Both the position numbers and the translations under genes were made by a program. From positions 1 to 64,000 of the IMG/VR virus record IMGVR_UViG_3300021354_000450: a stretch of 64,000 bases of DNA; one strand, written 5' to 3'. Below, piece by piece: positions 45,918 through 56,815 of this stretch. This stretch comes from a virus. The notes below the pieces were generated by a model, which was given only the letters and a program-made list of their open reading frames with translations, was not told the DNA's origin and ran no database searches. Positions within the stretch are counted from its first letter, which is position 1, and each line of letters opens with the position of its first letter.

Positions 45918-46200
45918 GTTTTCTTCCGCGAGTTTTTTTAACAACAGGTTCAGCTGTTTCTTTTAAAACTTCTAATTTAACAGCTTCTTTTTTAACACTT
46001 GGTTTTCTACCACGTGGTTTACTTGAAGGTTTTTCAGTTTGAACAGCTTCTTCAATTGTTTCAATAATTGCAGGCTCTACAATTGAAATAACTTCTTTAA
46101 TAATTGTTTCAACAACAGGGATAACATCATCAACCTTAGGAGTTTCTACCACAGGCTTAGATGATTTAATTCTAAATAATTTCTTTAAAAACTTAATCAT
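45904..46200 (-). CDS. Hypothetical protein with basic AT-hook-like tail
   Basis: MIKFLKKLF; KPRGRKP and KTRGRKPK. Confidence 0.65.
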   Translation of the reverse strand: MIKFLKKLFRIKSSKPVVETPKVDDVIPVVETIIKEVISIVEPAIIETIEEAVQTEKPSSKPRGRKPSVKKEAVKLEVLKETAEPVVKKTRGRKPKAK

Positions 46201-46302
46201 GATTTTTTCCTTTTAAAAGTATGCAGACTATTTAAGCCAATAAATACTACGAGATACAAAAAAAGAATTGATTTATTTAAACAAATGTAGTATACTTTAT
46301 AT

Positions 46303-47019
46303 ATGATAAAACTTAAAAAAATAACAGCAGTATCAGAAATACAACCATTAATTAAAAATATTAATTTAGAAATTAATCCTGGAGAAATACATGCTGTTAT
46401 GGGGGCAAAACACAGTGGAAAATCTGCATTGGCCCATATTATTGCAGGACATCCGAGTATTCAACTTACTGAAGGAATAATTCGGTGGAACAATAAGAAA
46501 TTTCCATCTGAAGCTGAACAAAGAGCTAAATTAGGAATTTTTGTAAGTTTTCAATATCCGCCTGAATTTGAATCAATTACAAATTTTGATTTAATAAAAG
46601 AGTGTTTAGGAACACAAGAAAAAGATATTGCTGAACTTTTTTTTAAATATAATGAATACTGTGAATTATTAGATCTTTCTCCGTATCATGGAGATTGTAC
46701 TCCAAGTTTAGGCTCGATGAATATGAGCCAGGCAAAACGCAATGAACTTTTATATATGTTTTTGTCAAATCCAAAACTAATTATTTTAGATGAAATTGAT
46801 ACAGGTTTATCAGAAGAAGAAGTTGTATTAGTTGGTTCATTATTAAAAGATTTCTTAACCACTAAAAAAGGTTGTCTTGTTATTACACATAATAAAACAT
46901 TATTATCAATTCTAAACCCAACACATGTACACGTAATGGTAGATGGAGAAATAAAACTGTCGGGCGAAACAGAACTTTACACAAGGATCATTGAAGATGG
47001 GTATTCAGAGTTTTCTTAA
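46303..47019 (+). CDS. SufC-like ABC ATPase (divergent)
   Basis: GEIHAVMG..SGKS, FVSFQYPPE, ILDEIDTGL, ITH, HVHVMVDGEI. Confidence 0.85.
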   Translation: MIKLKKITAVSEIQPLIKNINLEINPGEIHAVMGAKHSGKSALAHIIAGHPSIQLTEGIIRWNNKKFPSEAEQRAKLGIFVSFQYPPEFESITNFDLIKECLGTQEKDIAELFFKYNEYCELLDLSPYHGDCTPSLGSMNMSQAKRNELLYMFLSNPKLIILDEIDTGLSEEEVVLVGSLLKDFLTTKKGCLVITHNKTLLSILNPTHVHVMVDGEIKLSGETELYTRIIEDGYSEFS

Positions 47020-47821
47020 AGCACAAAAAGGTGATCCTGATTGGGCATTTACACCAGAAGAGTATTTTGACAAAGAATTTAAAATTATTGATGCGAGTTT
47101 AATTGAATTAGGTCAAGGAAAAACAGATAGTGTTATTCTTCGTCAAACTCCAACAGAAAAAGAAATGTTGGCTAAACATCTACATATAGATGTTCGTGAG
47201 AATGCTATTTTAGATTTAGCAATTATAAATGAAGCGACTGATAAACTTCGACAGGTTTTTATATATGATATCCGTGTAAGAGACGGTGCCCATATAAATA
47301 TGGGTGTGTTTATCAAAGGCGGTAAGTTAAATAAGCATATTATTCAAGTTACACTTGACGAAGGTGCTAATTTTAATGCATATGGTCATGCAATAAACAC
47401 TGTCGGTGGGGATTGCGAAATTGTTACAAAAGTTGATCATCAAGGTGCTTATAGTATAAGCAATCAATTCTTTACATGCGAAGCTGGAAAAAATAGTCAA
47501 ACAGTATTTCAAGGTATGGCAAATGTTTCTGCTGAATCAATTTATTCGCAAGTTGGTATTGAAAATATAAATTTAGTAACAAGCATTAGCGGTATTTGCT
47601 ATAGTATGCCTGAAGTGTTTAATCAGGTCGGATCTGTAAGAGTAAACACCGGTTCGACTACTGAAATGTTAGATTTAGAAAGAATTTATTACTTGCAAAC
47701 TAGAGGACTAACTGAATCCGCTGCTGAAGCATTATTAATTACAAATCACAGGGAACAGGTACTGGATATAATTCATAGTCCTGAGATTAAAGAAGAAATT
47801 GAACAAATTTTACTCGGTTAA
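46997..47821 (+). CDS. SufD/SufB-family beta-helix protein (short)
   Basis: VFQGMANV, YYLQTRGL.ES.AE.LL; coupled to the sufC-like gene. Confidence 0.8.
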   Translation: MGIQSFLKAQKGDPDWAFTPEEYFDKEFKIIDASLIELGQGKTDSVILRQTPTEKEMLAKHLHIDVRENAILDLAIINEATDKLRQVFIYDIRVRDGAHINMGVFIKGGKLNKHIIQVTLDEGANFNAYGHAINTVGGDCEIVTKVDHQGAYSISNQFFTCEAGKNSQTVFQGMANVSAESIYSQVGIENINLVTSISGICYSMPEVFNQVGSVRVNTGSTTEMLDLERIYYLQTRGLTESAAEALLITNHREQVLDIIHSPEIKEEIEQILLG

Positions 47822-48108
47822 AGTTTGCTAATATCATCATTACTAGAAGCAGGGCGATCCCATATTGTCCTGCGTTCTACGCCTTTACGTTGAGCAAAAC
47901 GTTTTTGATCACATTTATTACAAACGTGAAAATAATTGTTACTTAGTCGATTTGGTGACATTTGTTCTTTTGCACGTTCGAATACCTCCCCACAATTATC
48001 ACATCTTAATATTGCAATAGTTTTTACCCTTGTATACTCATGTACGTTTCCTAACTTACTTTGTCTCGAAAAACAAGTTAAAATATTTTTAATAGTTATT
48101 AGCATCAA
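47818..48108 (-). CDS. Zinc-binding hypothetical protein
   Basis: CDNCG...HVCNKC; TAAATA upstream on the minus strand. Confidence 0.7.
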   Translation of the reverse strand: MMLITIKNILTCFSRQSKLGNVHEYTRVKTIAILRCDNCGEVFERAKEQMSPNRLSNNYFHVCNKCDQKRFAQRKGVERRTIWDRPASSNDDISKL

Positions 48109-48175
48109 GTATTTACATTAAGGTTACAAAATAATTTGGTAAATACTCCAAACAGCAGCCTGTTCAGGAGATACT

Positions 48176-51100
48176 ATGGCAAATAAACAAAATATTAATA
48201 TCGGAATTCAATCAAACGACGGAACTGGAGATAGTATCCGCGATGCTTTTAGAAAAACTAATGAAAACTTTGATGCATTATTTGATGCATTAGTAAGTCC
48301 TCAAGGATTTAGATTTTTCGGAACATTAGAAGACACACCACAATCAGCATTACCAAAGAAAATGCTTGTCACAGATGCACTTGGTCAACGTGTAACACAA
48401 GTTGCATTAACAAGTGGAACTGGAATTTCTATAGATTTTAATTATGGATCAAGTGAATGGGTTATTAATAATAGTGCAAGTTCGTTATTAACAGATCCAA
48501 ACCCAACTTTAGGTGCAGATTTAATTGGTTCTTCAGGAACAAGTTCATGGAGAGCAAAAGAATTTGCAAATCCTATAGCAGATCAAGATTTAGTAACTAG
48601 AAAATTTCTATATGATAACTTTTTAAATCGAGATGGTGTAACAAAATATGGAAACGAATTAAACACTACAACTAATATTGCTGGAAGTGTTTTTAGAGAA
48701 AATGTTAGTATTATTCCAAATGGTATTTTTACAGCAACTGTAACTAATAATTCTGGAAAGTATATTACTGTTCGCAATGCAAATGGGTCAACTAGCACTA
48801 TTGACTTGACTTTACAAGCAACAGAAAGCAGTCATATTACACGTAAAGATTATGTTGATTCTAAAATAAGTTTACAAGGGGTTGATACAATTGATCCTGC
48901 GACAGGCGAAATAAATTCCGGATTCGGTAAAATGACCGGTCCGTTAATACTTTCTCGTAATCCTGTAACACAAGATGATTACGATTTTAACGGTTTTATT
49001 GCAGCAACAAAACAATATGTTGATAAAAATGACTTTTATAGCGACAATAACTTGTTTATTACAAAAAAAGGTCGAGATTATCAACCAGATATTCCGCCAG
49101 ATCGACGAGGAAGAAGTCCTGCTTATGCATTTGCAAGTCTTAACAAAGCTGCACAATATGCTGAAAAACTTCAAGCTGCTGCACAAATCGAAGTAGGTGA
49201 TTATGCTAGGCTTATTACTCATACAAATGGAATTTCAGCTACTGTTATTGATTCCACTAAAAATCAGTATGGAAATAATATTTCACGTTTGCGTTTATCA
49301 GTTGGATCATATGGGTCGGATCAATTTGGAGCCGCAGCAATTGGAAAATTTACAATTTTTCCAGGACAATATGTTCAAGGGGTATCAAGTGGTGCAATTG
49401 CATTAATTGAAAACATTGAAAAAGGAACAAATAGCGGCGATCCTGAAATTTACAAAATTTCATACGTTGATTATGGTGATGATTTTAATACAAGTATCAA
49501 AACTTCAACTCCTGATTTTTCAAAACCAAATCAAATTAAAATGAGTTTTGCAAGTGAGCCTCAGCAAATTGCTCCTGTTCCAAAATTTTGGGTTGGATAT
49601 AAATTTTATACAGATACTGGAATACCAAATGGTACAATTCTTAGTGTCGGGTACGATGTTGATAACAACGGAATATATCATAATTATTTTATAGTTGAAT
49701 TTGAATCATTAAAACCTGGTAATGACATAACATTTACAGAAAAACAATGGCATGTTTATTCTGGAGATTTTTCACCTGGCGAAACTATTGTTTATAATAC
49801 AAATGTAAGTGCATTACAAATAACTTTTGTAATCGAATCAGGCGAATATTTTGAACAATATCCAATAAAACTTAGTGCAAATACATCAATTCGTGGTGAT
49901 GAATTTAGACGTGTTATTATTCGTCCTGCTCCTGGAGTATCATCAAGTAAATGGGCAAATATCTACTTCCGAAGAGATGCACAAGTTGATGGTTTACAAA
50001 CAACTGAATTAGATTATAGCACTGATTATGCTCACGGTGGAACTTTAAATAATTCAAATGCACAACCGAGTGGGTTGTCAGGATTAATTTCTGTTTCTAT
50101 TAATACCGGAAAAGTTCCGAGTGAAATCAAAGGTTATATGTTTGTCGGAAACGGCGGACAAGGTATAATTGAAACAGTTGCTTTAGATGGTAGTGGTTTT
50201 ACAGTTAATGTCGGAACTACGTTAACTTCATCTTCTCCGATTCCTTATGGAAGCTGGCATGTTTATAAACCAATCACATTTGGATACCATTATTTAAGAA
50301 ATCCTAAAAAACCAATGAACTTATTGGTAACTGAAAATAATCCAGGTGGACTGGAAAATGCAGCAACCTTATTAAAATTAAACCGAAATTTCATCAAAAG
50401 TGAAGTTATTCAATATTTAGATAATAACTATGTTATAGGACAAACATTTACATACAATACAAGTACATGTTCACGTGATGTTGGATTATTTGTTGATAGT
50501 TTTGCACATGATTTAATTTATGGTGGTTCAGAGAGATCAATATATGCCGGTGATATTTATAAAAATATTCCATTAGTACAAACAAGTGAATCAACACAAA
50601 CCGCTGCCGCAGTAACTTATTTAGGAAGTATCGCACAACAAATTATTTTAAATACGACTGTAACCTCATTAACAAGTGCTGAACAAATTTTTGATATTTC
50701 GTTAGTTGCAGAACCGACTGCTGGTATAATTTTAGCAGATTTAGTACAAGCAACTACTAGAATTATTTCAAATGATCTTGATTTTAATCCTCCAAAAGAA
50801 AATAATGAGTTAGATGTTTTCTTAATGAATGATGCAAATGTTATCCGGTATGTAAGTTGTCAAAATCATGGCGGGTTCATGCAAGTGTTGGATCCTGAAG
50901 GACAGATTAAAAATAAATCACCTTACACACAAACTGCATCATCATTTTCACAAAGTATAAGTAAACACGCTTTCCGTGGTGGTATGTTAGTTGACGGGTT
51001 TTCTGGGAATGTCCAAGCAACTACTAATAATTGGAATATTACTAATCCGTTAGAATTAGATATCACTGGATTATTAAGAAGACCACAAGTACCAACATTT

Positions 51101-54100
51101 TTTACAAATAATGGTATTAGATATGAAGTTGATTTTTTTACTAATTTTACACAAGATGGTGTTAATGAAAATAATGTTCCGTTATATTCTGCAACATTGA
51201 ACTTAAATCCGTTAAGTCCTGGTGGTATTTTAAACGAAATTTTATCTGAGGATCGTGCTTCAAATGGAAATTTTAAAGCAAACTTAACAAATATTCCAAT
51301 AACACTAGATCAACCTCAAGGAATTGGTGGAATTCCTGCAACAGGTCATGCAATATCAGATGGAACTGGTCATATCACTGGAATTGTTATTGATTTTCCA
51401 GGAATAGGTTACACCACGACTCCAAATATCAGTGTTGGAGGGGCTTTTTTAAATAATTTAAACATTGTAGATGGTAAAATAACAAGTGCGTCGATTGTTT
51501 ATGGCGGGTTAGGTTATACTAATATTACTTTAATAAAAATCATTGCAATAGGTGCATTCGGAGTTGAAACTGCACAAGGTCAAGTAACTCAAGTTGATGA
51601 AAACGGTTCAATTACTGCAATTTCGATCACAAATCAAGGAGCAAATTGGACTTCAAATACTATGTATAGAGTCGAATTTGGAAATTTATCGATTACTGTA
51701 CCGCCTCCTCAAGCAGGTTTTATTGATGTTCCTCCAACTAATATCGAACTTGTAACTGCTGGTAACCGTTCAATGTTAGCAAACGATTTTACACAGGTAA
51801 ATGACTTAGGATATGGAATTTTTGTAACAAATGGCGGTTTTATGGAAAACGTTTCTATGTTTACATATTATTGTTATCGTTCATACTTTTCGTTAAATGG
51901 TTCACAGGTTCGTTCAACTACAGGGTCATCTGCTTATGGTGAATGGGGATTAATTGCTGATGGTGTTGATCCAACTGAAGTTCCACTATCAATTACAACA
52001 GTATTTCCAATGATTCAAATTGCAACAGCATATGTTGCTAATCCATTGTTTCCTGCACAGGCAAATCAATCGTTCATTTATGTAACAATAGATCCTGATA
52101 ACGGCGGATTTCCTCCTCTTAATGCAAGCACTATTGAACTAAATCACGGAGGCATTCGTCGACAATATTCAATCGGAACAGCAAGTCCTGCTGTTAATTC
52201 AAATAATGAAATAATTCCAAATAGATATTTGCTTTCATTTAATTCAGGAAGTGTTTCTGCAAGTTCAAACGGAATTGGATTACTTGTTGAAGTAAACAAT
52301 GGTGATCCGGTTATTATTCGAACCGGAAGTTTGTTTAAAATTAAAGGGTTTGATCCTGCATCAATTTCAAGACCAATTACTTCATTAACTTGGAATGATG
52401 ATCCAACAACTGTTTATCATATAACTGATTTTTCATCCGTTCAACCAGATGGTGCTGTATTTGGTTATTCATCGGAAGAATATAATTATATTTCTTTTCG
52501 TTCAGCAGAACAAGGTCTTACACAACCAGCAATGGTTTTAGATCAAAATGGTAGTAATTATACAACTGCAACTATTGTTATTGGAACAGCAACAAATGTT
52601 ATTACTAATAATATTTTACAAACTGTATCTGGTACACAAGGAAACGGAACAATTGGAATACAAACTATCTCATTAAATAATATTTCAAATATTATTGTAG
52701 GTCATAAAGTATCAACAAGTACATATATTATCGATAATACATTTGTTACATATGTTAATACAACAACAAAACAAATCTGTATTAGTAATCCAACTGTTGG
52801 TGAAATTCTTAATGGAACAACATTAACGTTTAATGCAGTTTATCCAACGGCACATGCAAACATCTCAAGTGGCACTATTGCAAGCATTACTGTTGATAAC
52901 GGTGGGGCTGGGTGGAAATCAAGTTCTACTACTATTACAATTTCAGGTGACGGAATTAACGCGCGCGTTGAATCGCCATTAAAAATTGCAGGTATTATAG
53001 GTTCAAAAGTTGTTAAAATTTCAACATTAAATTTAATTGATCAAAATAGAATACAACAAGGATTAATATTAAATCCTCAACGTTTATATCAATTTGCTCA
53101 TGGAAACTCAATTTATAAGATAACTGGATATCGTGCACCTATTGACGAACATTCGTTGGCCGAAATTGATATCGATAAACCGTTAGTTGAAGCTATATCT
53201 TTAGGAACCTCGTTTAATGCAGGTCTTCCTGTTTATTCATATGGTGCATTAACAACAAGAATTTCAATTTTACGTGCATCAGGTCATGATTTTGTTGATA
53301 TAGGTACAGGTGGTTATGCAACAACACGTATTCCAAATGACTTATATGGACCGCCAATTCAACAACCAAATTCGAGTCATGAAGTTCTTGAACAAAATCG
53401 AGGTCGTGTTTTTTATGTATCAACTGACCAAGATGGAAATTTCCGTGTTGGAACTGCATTTGCTGTTAACCAAGCACAAGGTTCTGTAACAATATCAGCA
53501 CCAGTTGATCTTAGTAATTTAACTTCGATAGGATTACGTCGTGATTTAGGTCCGTCGATTAATGAATTTTCAATCGACAGTATGATGAATTCAGAAGCTG
53601 ATTATAAAGTTCCAACTGAACAAGCAGTTGTTAACTATATAAATCGTCGGTTAGGTATCGATCGAAATGGAAATATTTACCCTGGATCACCATTAGGTCC
53701 TCAGTTCTTATCACTTGATGGCCAATTATCAATGAAGGCTGATTTAGATATGTCCGATGATATTAATGGACCTCATCGTATTATAAATTTAAAAAATCCA
53801 ATAAATTCATCAGATGCATCAACTAAAGGTTATACTGATTCAAAATTATCAACCGATGGAACACGAGCACTTGATGCTAATGGAATAACAATTCAACCTG
53901 AATGGGGCAATATGAATGGTCCGTTGCAACTATTTGATGATCCTAAAACAAAAATTGCAACAGTTGCTAATCTTGCAGCACAGGGAGCAAATCATATTGA
54001 ATTTACAGTTGAAACAGTACAAACTTCAGAAGTGCAAGCCGGTGATTTCTTTTCAAATCAAGTTATCGGTCAAGGAATTAAAACTGGCACTATTGTAACA

Positions 54101-56815
54101 TCAATTAGTTCTTCAACATATGGATATGATTTTATTCTAAGTGATACACTTGATTCTGCAATTTCTTCTGGTACTCCGATTACTTTTGAACCGGTAAGAC
54201 AAGCAGTTACAAAAGGTTATGTTGATTTCCATGACAAATATATTACTGCAACAACTTTAACAGTTAGTGGTCAATCGATATTACATGCATTAACTGCGAC
54301 TGATGTTACTGCAACAACTTTAACAGTTAGTGGTCAATCGATATTACATGCATTAACTGCGACTGATGTTACTGCTACTACTTTAAAAGTTAGTGGTCAA
54401 TCGATATTACATGCATTAACTGCGACTGATGTTACTGCTACTACTTTAAAAGTTAGTGGTCAATCAATATTAGCAACACTTAAACTTGATTCAACTGAAA
54501 TTGCACTTGGTAAAAATGCTGGACTAACATCTCAAGGTACCAATGCAGTTGCAATCGGTGCAAGTGCTGGAAATGATACTCAAGGTACCAATGCAGTTGC
54601 AATCGGTGTATATGCTGGATATACTACTCAAAGTGATTATGCAGTTGCAATCGGTCAAAATGCTGGAGCAACAGATCAAGGTAGTAGTGCAGTTGCAATC
54701 GGTCAAAGTGCTGGACTAACAACTCAAAGTAATTATGCAGTTGCAATCGGTCAAAATGCTGGACTAACAACTCAAGGAGCAAACGCAGTTGCAATCGGTG
54801 CAAATGCTGGAGCAACAAATCAAACAGCAAATTCGATCATAATAAATGCAACTGGTGCTGCATTAAATTCATCAAATGCCGGAACATATATTGCTCCAAT
54901 ACGTGCAGATAGTTCAAATGCGGCAACTGATTGGGCTGTTCATTATAATCCAACAACTAGCGAATTAACTACTGCTACAGCAATGCATTTAACAGGTACT
55001 GCAAATGAAGTTACAGTTAGTGGTTCAACTGGTAGAGTTACTATCGGATTACCTGATTATGTTACTGTAACTAATTTAACGGTAAAAAATGAAATTAGAG
55101 GTGAAAAATATAGCTATCAACTTGCAAATGCAACTGATGGTGGTCAATATAATGCAATTGATCAAGGTTCTAATTTAGCGTATTACAACGCAATGTTTAG
55201 AAATGACGGTGACAATGTATATTTGTTAAGTTCATCTTCAGCAACTTCTCAACTTAATGCACTTAATGCAGGATGGAATTATTATAGACCATTTGCATGG
55301 AATCTTGAATCAGGAAATGTATCGATTGCAAATAATTCTAACGGAGTAGACACTAACGTTTTAATCGGTGGAGCTACAACTTTTTCTAAACAAGTTACTG
55401 CTAATACTACACTTACTGCTGCAATTTTAAGAACAACAGATACTGAAATTGCACTTGGTGATCAAGCTGGATATACTTCTCAAGGTACAAGTGCAGTTGC
55501 TATCGGAAATTCAGCTGGTACTAATTCTCAAGGTACAAGTGCAGTTGCAATCGGTTTAAGTGCTGGACTAACTTCTCAAGGTAGTAGTGCAGTTGCTATC
55601 GGAACTTCAGCTGGTACTACTTCTCAAGGTCAACAATCAGTTGCAATCGGTTATAATGCTGGATATACTACTCAAGGTATGCAAGCCGTTGCAATCGGAA
55701 ATTCAGCTGGACAAAATACTCAAAGTAATTATGCAGTTGCAATCGGTCAAAATGCTGGAGCAACAGATCAAGGTCGTAGTGCAGTTGCTATCGGAAATTC
55801 AGCTGGACAAAATACTCAAAGTAATTATGCAGTTGCAATCGGTGTAGATGCTGGATATACTTCTCAAGGCCGTAGTGCAGTTGCTATCGGAACTTCAGCT
55901 GGTACTAATTCTCAAGGTACAAGTGCAGTTGCTATCGGTTTAAGTGCTGGACTAACTTCTCAAGGTCAACAATCAGTTGCAATCGGAGCAAGTGCAGGGT
56001 ATAGCAATCAAGGAGATGACGCAGTAGCGATTGGTAATCAAGCTGGAGCAACAAATCAAACAGCAAATTCAATCATAATAAATGCAACTGGTGCTGAATT
56101 AAATTCATCAAATGCTGGAACATATATTGCTCCAATACGTGCAGATAGTTCATCTGCGGCAACTGATTGGGCTGTTCATTATAATCCAGATACAAGTGAA
56201 TTAACTACTGCTACAGCAATGCATTTATCAGGTACTACAAATGAAGTTACAGTTAGTGGTTCAACTGGTAGCGTTACTATCGGATTACCAAACTATGTTT
56301 CAATTCAATATTTAAATGTAATAACAAAATCAACAGCAACAGATTTAACTGTTAATAATTCATTGCGTTCAGATTCAAGTGGTACAATAGTATATGGAAC
56401 TTGGACATTAGCAACAGGTGCAACATTCCAAGCAACATATGCTGACTTAGCTGAATGGTATTCATCAGATGTTGAATATGAACCAGGAACTGTTCTTGTA
56501 TTTGGTGGTTCTGCTGAAGTTACAACAACAACAGAACTTGATGATATAAGAGTTGCTGGACCAGTAACTTCACATCCTGCATATGTATTAAATCAAGGAT
56601 TAACAGGAACAAGATCATGCATTGCATTAATTGGTCGTGTGCCGGTTAAAGTTAGTGGATTTGTTAAAAAAGGTGATTTATTAACAACTTCAAATACTCC
56701 AGGTTATGCTAAAAAAGCAACTTTTCCAATTTTAGGTTCGATAATTGGTAAAGCATTAGAGGATAAAACAGATCCAGGACAAGGTATAATCGAAGTAGCA
56801 GTAGGTAGACTGTAA
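48176..56815 (+). CDS. Giant virion structural protein (baseplate/tail fibre) with YadA-like repeats and a C-terminal chaperone-like domain
   Basis: NIGIQSNDGTGDSIRDAF N-terminus, ATKQYVD motifs, AVAIGxxAG repeats, ADLAEWY...GRVPVKV...IIGKAL C-terminus; late TAAATA promoter. Confidence 0.88.
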   Translation: MANKQNINIGIQSNDGTGDSIRDAFRKTNENFDALFDALVSPQGFRFFGTLEDTPQSALPKKMLVTDALGQRVTQVALTSGTGISIDFNYGSSEWVINNSASSLLTDPNPTLGADLIGSSGTSSWRAKEFANPIADQDLVTRKFLYDNFLNRDGVTKYGNELNTTTNIAGSVFRENVSIIPNGIFTATVTNNSGKYITVRNANGSTSTIDLTLQATESSHITRKDYVDSKISLQGVDTIDPATGEINSGFGKMTGPLILSRNPVTQDDYDFNGFIAATKQYVDKNDFYSDNNLFITKKGRDYQPDIPPDRRGRSPAYAFASLNKAAQYAEKLQAAAQIEVGDYARLITHTNGISATVIDSTKNQYGNNISRLRLSVGSYGSDQFGAAAIGKFTIFPGQYVQGVSSGAIALIENIEKGTNSGDPEIYKISYVDYGDDFNTSIKTSTPDFSKPNQIKMSFASEPQQIAPVPKFWVGYKFYTDTGIPNGTILSVGYDVDNNGIYHNYFIVEFESLKPGNDITFTEKQWHVYSGDFSPGETIVYNTNVSALQITFVIESGEYFEQYPIKLSANTSIRGDEFRRVIIRPAPGVSSSKWANIYFRRDAQVDGLQTTELDYSTDYAHGGTLNNSNAQPSGLSGLISVSINTGKVPSEIKGYMFVGNGGQGIIETVALDGSGFTVNVGTTLTSSSPIPYGSWHVYKPITFGYHYLRNPKKPMNLLVTENNPGGLENAATLLKLNRNFIKSEVIQYLDNNYVIGQTFTYNTSTCSRDVGLFVDSFAHDLIYGGSERSIYAGDIYKNIPLVQTSESTQTAAAVTYLGSIAQQIILNTTVTSLTSAEQIFDISLVAEPTAGIILADLVQATTRIISNDLDFNPPKENNELDVFLMNDANVIRYVSCQNHGGFMQVLDPEGQIKNKSPYTQTASSFSQSISKHAFRGGMLVDGFSGNVQATTNNWNITNPLELDITGLLRRPQVPTFFTNNGIRYEVDFFTNFTQDGVNENNVPLYSATLNLNPLSPGGILNEILSEDRASNGNFKANLTNIPITLDQPQGIGGIPATGHAISDGTGHITGIVIDFPGIGYTTTPNISVGGAFLNNLNIVDGKITSASIVYGGLGYTNITLIKIIAIGAFGVETAQGQVTQVDENGSITAISITNQGANWTSNTMYRVEFGNLSITVPPPQAGFIDVPPTNIELVTAGNRSMLANDFTQVNDLGYGIFVTNGGFMENVSMFTYYCYRSYFSLNGSQVRSTTGSSAYGEWGLIADGVDPTEVPLSITTVFPMIQIATAYVANPLFPAQANQSFIYVTIDPDNGGFPPLNASTIELNHGGIRRQYSIGTASPAVNSNNEIIPNRYLLSFNSGSVSASSNGIGLLVEVNNGDPVIIRTGSLFKIKGFDPASISRPITSLTWNDDPTTVYHITDFSSVQPDGAVFGYSSEEYNYISFRSAEQGLTQPAMVLDQNGSNYTTATIVIGTATNVITNNILQTVSGTQGNGTIGIQTISLNNISNIIVGHKVSTSTYIIDNTFVTYVNTTTKQICISNPTVGEILNGTTLTFNAVYPTAHANISSGTIASITVDNGGAGWKSSSTTITISGDGINARVESPLKIAGIIGSKVVKISTLNLIDQNRIQQGLILNPQRLYQFAHGNSIYKITGYRAPIDEHSLAEIDIDKPLVEAISLGTSFNAGLPVYSYGALTTRISILRASGHDFVDIGTGGYATTRIPNDLYGPPIQQPNSSHEVLEQNRGRVFYVSTDQDGNFRVGTAFAVNQAQGSVTISAPVDLSNLTSIGLRRDLGPSINEFSIDSMMNSEADYKVPTEQAVVNYINRRLGIDRNGNIYPGSPLGPQFLSLDGQLSMKADLDMSDDINGPHRIINLKNPINSSDASTKGYTDSKLSTDGTRALDANGITIQPEWGNMNGPLQLFDDPKTKIATVANLAAQGANHIEFTVETVQTSEVQAGDFFSNQVIGQGIKTGTIVTSISSSTYGYDFILSDTLDSAISSGTPITFEPVRQAVTKGYVDFHDKYITATTLTVSGQSILHALTATDVTATTLTVSGQSILHALTATDVTATTLKVSGQSILHALTATDVTATTLKVSGQSILATLKLDSTEIALGKNAGLTSQGTNAVAIGASAGNDTQGTNAVAIGVYAGYTTQSDYAVAIGQNAGATDQGSSAVAIGQSAGLTTQSNYAVAIGQNAGLTTQGANAVAIGANAGATNQTANSIIINATGAALNSSNAGTYIAPIRADSSNAATDWAVHYNPTTSELTTATAMHLTGTANEVTVSGSTGRVTIGLPDYVTVTNLTVKNEIRGEKYSYQLANATDGGQYNAIDQGSNLAYYNAMFRNDGDNVYLLSSSSATSQLNALNAGWNYYRPFAWNLESGNVSIANNSNGVDTNVLIGGATTFSKQVTANTTLTAAILRTTDTEIALGDQAGYTSQGTSAVAIGNSAGTNSQGTSAVAIGLSAGLTSQGSSAVAIGTSAGTTSQGQQSVAIGYNAGYTTQGMQAVAIGNSAGQNTQSNYAVAIGQNAGATDQGRSAVAIGNSAGQNTQSNYAVAIGVDAGYTSQGRSAVAIGTSAGTNSQGTSAVAIGLSAGLTSQGQQSVAIGASAGYSNQGDDAVAIGNQAGATNQTANSIIINATGAELNSSNAGTYIAPIRADSSSAATDWAVHYNPDTSELTTATAMHLSGTTNEVTVSGSTGSVTIGLPNYVSIQYLNVITKSTATDLTVNNSLRSDSSGTIVYGTWTLATGATFQATYADLAEWYSSDVEYEPGTVLVFGGSAEVTTTTELDDIRVAGPVTSHPAYVLNQGLTGTRSCIALIGRVPVKVSGFVKKGDLLTTSNTPGYAKKATFPILGSIIGKALEDKTDPGQGIIEVAVGRL
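54242..54470 (+). repeat. 63-bp coding tandem repeat, about 3.6 copies (VTATTLxVSGQSILHALTATD)
   Basis: Near-identical DNA units. Confidence 0.9.
54500..54810 (+). repeat. 45-bp (15-aa) AVAIGxxAG repeat block 1
   Basis: GCAGTTGCAATCGGT recurs every 45 bp. Confidence 0.9.
55450..56050 (+). repeat. 45-bp (15-aa) AVAIGxxAG repeat block 2
   Basis: About 13 units, followed by a copy of the ~250-bp segment that follows block 1. Confidence 0.9.

Noticed and set aside
54242-56050. Regularly spaced repeats as a CRISPR array
   Set aside because: Units are 45 or 63 bp, in frame inside an 8.6-kb ORF, encode peptide repeats and have no unique spacers.
54805-56290. Duplicated segment as a DGR template/variable repeat pair
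   Set aside because: Both copies are coding within one ORF, differences are not confined to adenines, and there is no reverse transcriptase in the window.
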